Of a DNA stretch of 11,357 nucleotides, positions 6,936 through 11,357 are shown piece by piece (position 1 is the first letter of the stretch; every line of letters begins with the position of its first letter). A program made the position numbers and the translations under genes. The notes beneath the pieces are model-generated. The model was not told the origin of the DNA and did not search any database. It worked only from the letters and a program-made list of their open reading frames with translations. Location of the stretch: IMG/VR virus record IMGVR_UViG_2698536339_000015, one strand, 5' to 3'. The stretch is from a virus. Taxonomy: Duplodnaviria > Heunggongvirae > Uroviricota > Caudoviricetes.

Positions 6936-7071
6936 AAAGAAGATTTCCAATAATCAGAACAAGTCGGCTCCTGTTTAGTTACGAGCGACATTGCTCCGTG
7001 TATTCACTCGTTGGAATGAATACACAGTGCAGTGTTTATTCTGTTATTTATGCCAAAAATAAAGGTCACTA

Positions 7072-7266
7072 TCAGGCAGCTTTGTTGTTCTGTTTACCAA
7101 GTTCTCTGGCAATCATTGCCGTCGTTCGTATTGCCCATTTATCGACATATTTCCCATCTTCCATTACAGGAAACATTTCTTCAGGCTTAACCATGCATTC
7201 CGATTGCAGCTTGCATCCATTGCATCGCTTGAATTGTCCACACCATTGATTTGTATCAATAGTCAT
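7072..7266 (-). CDS. ral: Ral restriction-alleviation protein, 64 aa
   Basis: MTIDTNQWCGQFKRCNGCKLQSECMVKPEEMFPVMEDGKYVDKWAIRTTAMIARELGKQNNKAA matches lambda Ral from memory apart from a 2-residue shorter N-terminus. Confidence 0.85.
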   Translation of the reverse strand: MTIDTNQWCGQFKRCNGCKLQSECMVKPEEMFPVMEDGKYVDKWAIRTTAMIARELGKQNNKAA

Positions 7267-7336
7267 ACGGATAGTCCTGGTATTGTTCCATCACATCCTG
7301 AGGATGCTCTTCGAACTCTTCAAATTCTTCTTCCAT
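7256..7336 (-). CDS. Small acidic ORF (26 aa) at the lambda orf28 position, overlapping the ral start
   Basis: Hand-translated MEEEFEEFEEHPQDVMEQYQDYPYDY, stop TGA at 7256-7258. No independent support for expression. Confidence 0.35.
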   Translation of the reverse strand: MEEEFEEFEEHPQDVMEQYQDYPYDY

Positions 7337-7344
7337 ATCTCACC

Positions 7345-7671
7345 TCAAATAAGTGGTTTGCTGCCTAATTTCATTTTCTGGCGACCAACACAAGTCACAC
7401 CCATTTCACTGCGTGGCTTGCTGTACCATGTGCGCTGATTCTTGCGCTCAATACGTTGCAGGTTGCTTTCAATCTGTTCGTGGTATTCAGCCAGCACTGT
7501 AAGGTCTATCGGATTCAGTGCGCTTTCTACTCGTGATTTCGGTTTGCGATTCAGCGAGAGAATAGGGCGGTTAACTGGTTTTGCGTTTACCCCAACCAAC
7601 AGGGGATTTGCTGCTTTCCATTGAGCCTGTTTCTCTGCGCGACGTTCGCGGCGGCGTGTTTGTGCATCCAT
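7345..7671 (-). CDS. N: Antitermination protein N, 108 aa from the ATG at 7671 (the ORF track extends 26 codons further upstream)
   Basis: MDAQTRRRERRAEKQAQWKAANPLLVGV...LQRIERKNQRTWYSKP matches lambda N including the arginine-rich boxB-binding motif. The last ~22 residues (RSEMGVTCVGRQKMKLGSKPLI) differ from lambda. Confidence 0.9.
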   Translation of the reverse strand: MDAQTRRRERRAEKQAQWKAANPLLVGVNAKPVNRPILSLNRKPKSRVESALNPIDLTVLAEYHEQIESNLQRIERKNQRTWYSKPRSEMGVTCVGRQKMKLGSKPLI

Positions 7672-7829
7672 CTGGATTCTCCTGTCAGTTAGCTTTGGTG
7701 GTGTGTGGGAGTCGTAGTCCTGAACGAAAAACACCCCGCAATGGCACATTGGCAGCTAATCCGGATTCGCACTTCCGGCCAATGCTTCGTTTCGTATCAC
7801 ACACACCAAAGCCTTCTGCTTTGAATGCT

Positions 7830-7860
7830 GCCCTTCTTCAGGGCTAAATTTTTAAGAGCA
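7830..7860 (-). promoter_or_regulatory. nutL: boxB GCCCTGAAGAAGGGC (7844..7830) and boxA TGCTCTTAA (7860..7852)
   Basis: Exact lambda nutL boxB hairpin on the minus strand with boxA immediately upstream, in the N leader. Confidence 0.85.
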
Positions 7861-7892
7861 TCACCTTCATGGTGGTTAGTGCGTCCTGCTGA

Positions 7893-7941
7893 TGGCTAAA
7901 TAGTACGATTTGTACTTTATCGAGTCAATACAAAATGTTCT
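7893..7941 (-). promoter_or_regulatory. pL promoter with oL operators: -35 TTGACT (7928..7923), 17-nt spacer, -10 TACTAT (7905..7900), TSS near 7893; operator inverted repeats at 7902-7916 and 7927-7941
   Basis: Promoter elements read on the minus strand. Downstream of the -10 the sequence becomes lambda-like (ATCAGCAGGACGCAC...). AGTACGATTTGTACT is a perfect inverted repeat overlapping the spacer and -10. Confidence 0.65.
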
Positions 7942-7991
7942 AAATATAATTAGTTTTTTATAACGCTTTGTATTTAATGGGTTTATATTTT

Positions 7992-8021
7992 GGAAAAAGA
8001 AAACCCGACGCTAAGGTCGGG
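7992..8021 (-). terminator. Rho-independent terminator (minus strand) downstream of cI
   Basis: Minus RNA CCCGAC-CUUAGC-GUCGGG (6-bp stem) followed by UUUUCUUUUU, 33 nt after the cI stop. Confidence 0.5.
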
Positions 8022-8053
8022 TTATTGTTGTGTGTTTTAGAGTTGTGAGGCTG

Positions 8054-8749
8054 TTAACTAAATGTCTCTTCAGGCCACTGGCTGGCGATAACTTTCCCTA
8101 CTACGGAACAGCTATCATTGCATGGAATCATTGGATATTGCGGGTTTAGTGGCTGTAGGAACACCTGACCGCTATCCCTGATCAGTTTCTTGAAGGTAAA
8201 CTCGTCACCACCAAGTCTGGCTATGCAGAAATCACCTGGCTCAACAGCCTGCTCAGGGTCAACGAGAATTAACATCCCGTCAGGAAAGCTTGGCTTGGAT
8301 CCTGTTGGCGCGGTCATGGAATTACCTTCAACTTCAAGCCAGAACGCACAATCACTGGCTTTTTTGGTTGTGCTGACCCATCTCTCCGCATCACCTTTGG
8401 TAAAGGTTCTAAGCTCAGGCGAGAACATCCCGGCCTGAACATGAGAAAAAACAGGGTACTCATATTGTTTTTTAACGGGGGCAGATGAGTATTCGCCAAC
8501 AGGTGAAAATGTACCGTCGTGGTTGAATGAGACGTTATCAATACCAAGGTATTTAAACACCACACCAATCTCGTCAAGAGATGGATGACGAGATCCGCGC
8601 AACCAGTGACCAATTCCACCCTGCGTCATACCAAGCTCTTCAGCTAACTTCTCTTGAGTTATGCCGAGCTCTTTCATTCTGGATCTAGCCAGTTCATACC
8701 ATTTCATTTTCATACCCTTATTATTACGCTCTGTACTAAAACCATCCAT
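8054..8749 (-). CDS. cI: CI-type prophage repressor (231 aa from the ATG at 8749): non-lambda HTH N-terminal domain plus lambda-cI-like S24/LexA-type autocleavage C-terminal domain
   Basis: From [30 protein letters not shown]... to the end matches the lambda cI C-terminal domain (including AGMF and GNSM). The N-terminal ~95 aa are unrelated to lambda cI but contain an HTH ([25 protein letters not shown]). Start is uncertain: TTG at 8755, ATG at 8749 (possibly leaderless like lambda pRM), or ATG at 8713/8707 after AAGGG. Confidence 0.85.
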   Translation of the reverse strand: MDGFSTERNNKGMKMKWYELARSRMKELGITQEKLAEELGMTQGGIGHWLRGSRHPSLDEIGVVFKYLGIDNVSFNHDGTFSPVGEYSSAPVKKQYEYPVFSHVQAGMFSPELRTFTKGDAERWVSTTKKASDCAFWLEVEGNSMTAPTGSKPSFPDGMLILVDPEQAVEPGDFCIARLGGDEFTFKKLIRDSGQVFLQPLNPQYPMIPCNDSCSVVGKVIASQWPEETFS

Positions 8750-8810
8750 GCACAAGATGTATTTTTTGTTTGCATTCTAAAAGTACATATCGTATTATTG
8801 TTTCATGGTT
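8750..8810. promoter_or_regulatory. oR/pR/pRM region: pR -35 TTGCAT (8770-8775), 17-nt spacer, -10 TATTAT (8793-8798); operator AGTACATATCGTATT (8782-8796)
   Basis: Divergent intergenic region between cI and cro. The operator repeat has the same AGTAC-N5-GTAyT architecture as the oL site and overlaps the pR -10. Confidence 0.55.
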
Positions 8811-8824
8811 ACTATGGAGGGCAT

Positions 8825-9040
8825 ATGAGCAACCTACGAAAATATCGAGAGTCACTGAATATCTCTCAAACAACACTTGCTAAGGCAGTTGGATGCACAC
8901 AGGGAGCTATCGGACATTGGGAATCTGGTCGTCGCTTCCCAGACCTTAAAACATGCCGTGCTCTTGTTGAGTGCCTAAACAAGTTGGGCGCAAAAGTCAG
9001 TCTTGATGACGTGTTCCCGCCGGAACACAAAGCCGCTTAA
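8825..9040 (+). CDS. cro: Cro-type HTH repressor (71 aa), 434-Cro-like fold rather than lambda Cro
   Basis: ATG at 8825 preceded by GGAGGG. HTH LNISQTTLAKAVGCTQGAIGHWESG has a recognition helix very similar to that of the cI N-terminal domain ([11 protein letters not shown]). Confidence 0.8.
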   Translation: MSNLRKYRESLNISQTTLAKAVGCTQGAIGHWESGRRFPDLKTCRALVECLNKLGAKVSLDDVFPPEHKAA

Positions 9041-9048
9041 GACATTCC

Positions 9049-9080
9049 CGCTCTTACACATCCCAGCCCTGAAAAAGGGC
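9049..9080 (+). promoter_or_regulatory. nutR: boxA CGCTCTTAC (9049-9057) and boxB GCCCTGAAAAAGGGC (9066-9080)
   Basis: Exact lambda nutR boxA and boxB sequences directly downstream of cro. Confidence 0.85.
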
Positions 9081-9159
9081 ATCAAATTAAGCCACACCTA
9101 TGGTGTATGCATTTATTTGCATACATTCAATCAATTGTTATCTAAGGAAATACTTACAT

Positions 9160-9438
9160 ATGCAACTTACAAGTACTCGCAAGAAAGCGAATGCAATTAC
9201 AAGCAACATCCTGAATCGAATTGCTGTACGTGGTCAGCGAAAGGTTGCCGACGCGTTAGGGATTAATGAATCGCAAATTTCGCGATGGAAAGACAGCTTT
9301 ATCCCAAAGATGGCCATGCTTCTGGCTGTGCTGGAGTGGGGTGTTGAAGACGAGGAATTAGCAAAGCTAGCAAAGAAAGTAGCCATGGTGCTGACAAAAG
9401 AAAAGCCTCAAGACTGCTGCAACAGTTTTGAGGCCTGA
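9160..9438 (+). CDS. cII: CII transcriptional activator homolog (92 aa)
   Basis: ATG at 9160 with AAGGA RBS. The central region (SQISRWK...IPKMAMLLAVLEWGV) aligns with lambda CII; both termini differ. The upstream 60 nt are lambda-like, including the pRE -10 region. Confidence 0.8.
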   Translation: MQLTSTRKKANAITSNILNRIAVRGQRKVADALGINESQISRWKDSFIPKMAMLLAVLEWGVEDEELAKLAKKVAMVLTKEKPQDCCNSFEA

Positions 9439-9463
9439 TGTAGAAAGACTGGATCAATCCACA
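9396..9463 (-). ncRNA. oop: OOP-like antisense RNA, about 65-70 nt, opposite the cII 3' end
   Basis: pO-like promoter on the minus strand (-35 TTGAGT 9498..9493, 17-nt spacer, -10 CATAAT 9475..9470). Terminator GCCUCAA...UUGAGGC (9434..9405) followed by UUUUCUUUUGU. Confidence 0.5.
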
Positions 9464-9472
9464 GGAGTCATT

Positions 9473-10372
9473 ATGACAAATACAGCAAAAATACTCAACT
9501 TCGGCAGAGGTAACTTTACCGGACAGGAGCGTAATGTGGCAGATCTCGATGATGGTTACGCCAGACTATCAAATATGCTGCTTGAGGCTTATTCAGGCGC
9601 AGATCTGACCAAGCGACAGTTTAAAGTGCTGCTTGCCATTCTGCGTAAAACCTATGGGTGGAATAAACCAATGGACAGAATCACCGATTCTCAACTTAGC
9701 GAGATTACAAAGTTACCTGTCAAACGGTGCAATGAAGCCAAGTTAGAACTCGTCAGAATGAATATTATCAAGCAGCAAGGCGGCATGTTTGGACCAAATA
9801 AAAACATCTCAGAATGGTGTATCCCTCAAAACGAGGGAAAATCCCCTAAAACGAGGGATAAAACATCCCTCAAATTGGGGGATTGCTATCCCTCAAAACA
9901 GGGGGACACAAAAGACACTATTACAAAAGAAAAAAGAAAAGATTATTCGTCCGAGAATTCTGGCGAATCCTCTGACCAGCCAGAAAACGATCTTTCTGTG
10001 GTTAAACCGGATGCTGCAATTCAGAGCGGCAGTAAGTGGGGAACAGCAGAAGACCTGACCGCCGCAGAGTGGATGTTTGACATGGTGAAGACCATCGCGC
10101 CATCAGCCAGAAAACCGAATTTTGCTGGGTGGGCTAACGATATCCGCCTGATGCGTGAACGTGACGGACGTAACCACCGCGACATGTGTGTACTGTTCCG
10201 CTGGGCATGCCAGGACAACTTCTGGTCCGGTAACGTGCTTAGCCCGGCCAAACTCCGCGACAAGTGGACCCAGCTCGAAATCAACCGTAACAAGCAACAG
10301 GCAGTCGTGACAGCCAGCAAACCAAAACTCGACCTGACAAACACTGACTGGATTTACGGGGTGGATCTATGA
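9473..10372 (+). CDS. O: Replication initiator O (299 aa)
   Basis: MTNTAKILNFGRGNF...DWIYGVDL matches lambda O from memory. ATG at 9473 preceded by AGGAG; overlaps the P start by 4 nt. Confidence 0.95.
   Translation: MTNTAKILNFGRGNFTGQERNVADLDDGYARLSNMLLEAYSGADLTKRQFKVLLAILRKTYGWNKPMDRITDSQLSEITKLPVKRCNEAKLELVRMNIIKQQGGMFGPNKNISEWCIPQNEGKSPKTRDKTSLKLGDCYPSKQGDTKDTITKEKRKDYSSENSGESSDQPENDLSVVKPDAAIQSGSKWGTAEDLTAAEWMFDMVKTIAPSARKPNFAGWANDIRLMRERDGRNHRDMCVLFRWACQDNFWSGNVLSPAKLRDKWTQLEINRNKQQAVVTASKPKLDLTNTDWIYGVDL
9821..9950. repeat. ori-lambda: four about 19-bp iterons (ATCCCTCAAAACGAGGGA-type, each an internal inverted repeat) followed by an A/T-rich segment, inside the O gene
   Basis: Iterons at about 9821-9838, 9841-9859, 9864-9882 and 9888-9907, then AAAAGACACTATTACAAAAGAAAAAAGAAAAGATTATT. 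Confidence 0.85.
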
Positions 10373-11070
10373 AAAACATCGCCGCACAGATGGTTAACTT
10401 TGACCGTGAGCAGATGCGTCGGATCGCCAACAACATGCCGGAACAGTACGACGAAAAGCCACAGGTACAGCAGGTAGCGCAGATCATCAACGGTGTGTTC
10501 AGCCAGTTACTGGCAACTTTCCCGGCGAGTCTGGCTAACCGTGACCAGAACGAACTGAACGAAATCCGCCGCCAGTGGGTTCTGGCTTTCCGGGAAAACG
10601 GGATCACCACAATGGAACAGGTTAACGCAGGAATGCGCGTAGCCCGTCGGCAGAATCGACCATTTCTGCCATCACCCGGGCAGTTTGTTGCATGGTGCCG
10701 GGAAGAAGCATCCGTTATCGCCGGACTGCCAAACGTCAGCGAGCTGGTTGATATGGTTTACGAGTATTGCCGGAAGCGAGGCCTGTATCCGGATGCGGAG
10801 TCTTATCCGTGGAAATCAAACGCGCACTACTGGCTGGTTACCAACCTGTATCAGAACATGCGGGCCAATGCGCTTACTGATGCGGAATTACGGCGCAAGG
10901 CTGCCGATGAACTGACCTGTATGACAGCGCGAATTAACCGTGGTGAGACGATACCTGAACCAGTAAAACAACTTCCTGTTATGGGCGGTAGACCTCTAAA
11001 TCGTGCACAGGCTCTGGCGAAGATCGCAGAAATTAAAGCTAAGTTCGGACTGAAAGGAGCAAGTGTATGA
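10369..11070 (+). CDS. P: Replication protein P (DnaB helicase loader), 233 aa
   Basis: MKNIAAQMVNFDREQMRRIANNMPEQYDEKPQVQQVAQIINGVF...KFGLKGASV matches lambda P from memory. Confidence 0.95.
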   Translation: MKNIAAQMVNFDREQMRRIANNMPEQYDEKPQVQQVAQIINGVFSQLLATFPASLANRDQNELNEIRRQWVLAFRENGITTMEQVNAGMRVARRQNRPFLPSPGQFVAWCREEASVIAGLPNVSELVDMVYEYCRKRGLYPDAESYPWKSNAHYWLVTNLYQNMRANALTDAELRRKAADELTCMTARINRGETIPEPVKQLPVMGGRPLNRAQALAKIAEIKAKFGLKGASV

Positions 11071-11357
11071 CGGGCAAAGAGGCAATTATTCATTACCTGG
11101 GGACGCATAATAGCTTCTGTGCGCCGGACGTTGCCGCGCTAACAGGCGCAACAGTAACCAGCATAAATCAGGCCGCGGCTAAAATGGCACGGGCAGGTCT
11201 TCTGGTTATCGAAGGTAAGGTCTGGCGAACGGTGTATTACCGGTTTGCTACCAGGGAAGAACGGGAAGGAAAGATGAGCACGAACCTGATTTTTAAGGAG
11301 TGTCGCCAGAGTGCCGCGATGAAACGGGTATTGGCGGTATATGGAGTTAAAAGGTGA
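11067..11357 (+). CDS. ren: Ren (Rex-exclusion resistance) protein, 96 aa
   Basis: MTGKEAIIHYLGTHNSFCAPDVAALTGATVTSINQAAAKMARAG... matches lambda Ren from memory. The stop codon is the last 3 nt of the window. Confidence 0.9.
   Translation: MTGKEAIIHYLGTHNSFCAPDVAALTGATVTSINQAAAKMARAGLLVIEGKVWRTVYYRFATREEREGKMSTNLIFKECRQSAAMKRVLAVYGVKR

Noticed and set aside
7672-7749. 26-codon N-terminal extension of N in the ORF track (MCHCGVFFVQDYDSHTPPKLTDRRIQ)
   Set aside because: It reads through the N leader and RNase III/nutL region. The lambda N start (MDAQTRRRERR) is at 7671.
8654-8824. Upstream extension of the cro ORF (128-aa version) across oR and into cI antisense
   Set aside because: It spans the operator/promoter region. 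The real start is the ATG at 8825 with a GGAGG SD.
9100-9159. Upstream extension of the cII ORF starting at 9100
   Set aside because: It runs through the lambda-like pRE -10/RBS region. The AAGGA RBS and alignment to lambda CII support the ATG at 9160.
10021-10610. Minus-strand ORFs (64-109 aa) inside O and P
   Set aside because: Antisense to the well-supported O and P genes, with no start context.

Overview
This window is the early/regulatory half of a lambda-family (lambdoid) temperate phage or prophage, running from the integrase stop to the end of ren. It is a mosaic. The leftward (pL) operon on the minus strand carries N, ral, ea10, cIII, kil, gam, bet, exo and orf60a/63/61 with near-lambda protein sequences, then a non-lambda accessory block (TraR-like zinc finger, ASCH-like protein, a regulator-like ORF broken by an in-frame TGA, an AntA-like gene with its own promoter and terminator), then xis and a diverged int. 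The immunity region is heterologous: a cI repressor with a non-lambda N-terminal DNA-binding domain fused to a lambda-like C-terminal cleavage domain, a 434-style all-helical Cro, a distinct cII, and operators built on AGTAC-N5-GTACT-type inverted repeats. nutL, nutR, the cII-proximal pRE region, O with the ori-lambda iterons, P and ren are lambda-like. rexAB and sieB have no room to exist here. I found no single obviously novel multi-gene system; the most checkable unusual points are the TGA-interrupted ORF with a 23-bp perfect palindrome inside it, the self-contained AntA-like cassette, a cIII shortened by a stop created in the kil overlap, and the uncharacterised operator set. All comparisons to lambda are from memory of the lambda proteins and sequence, not from a search.
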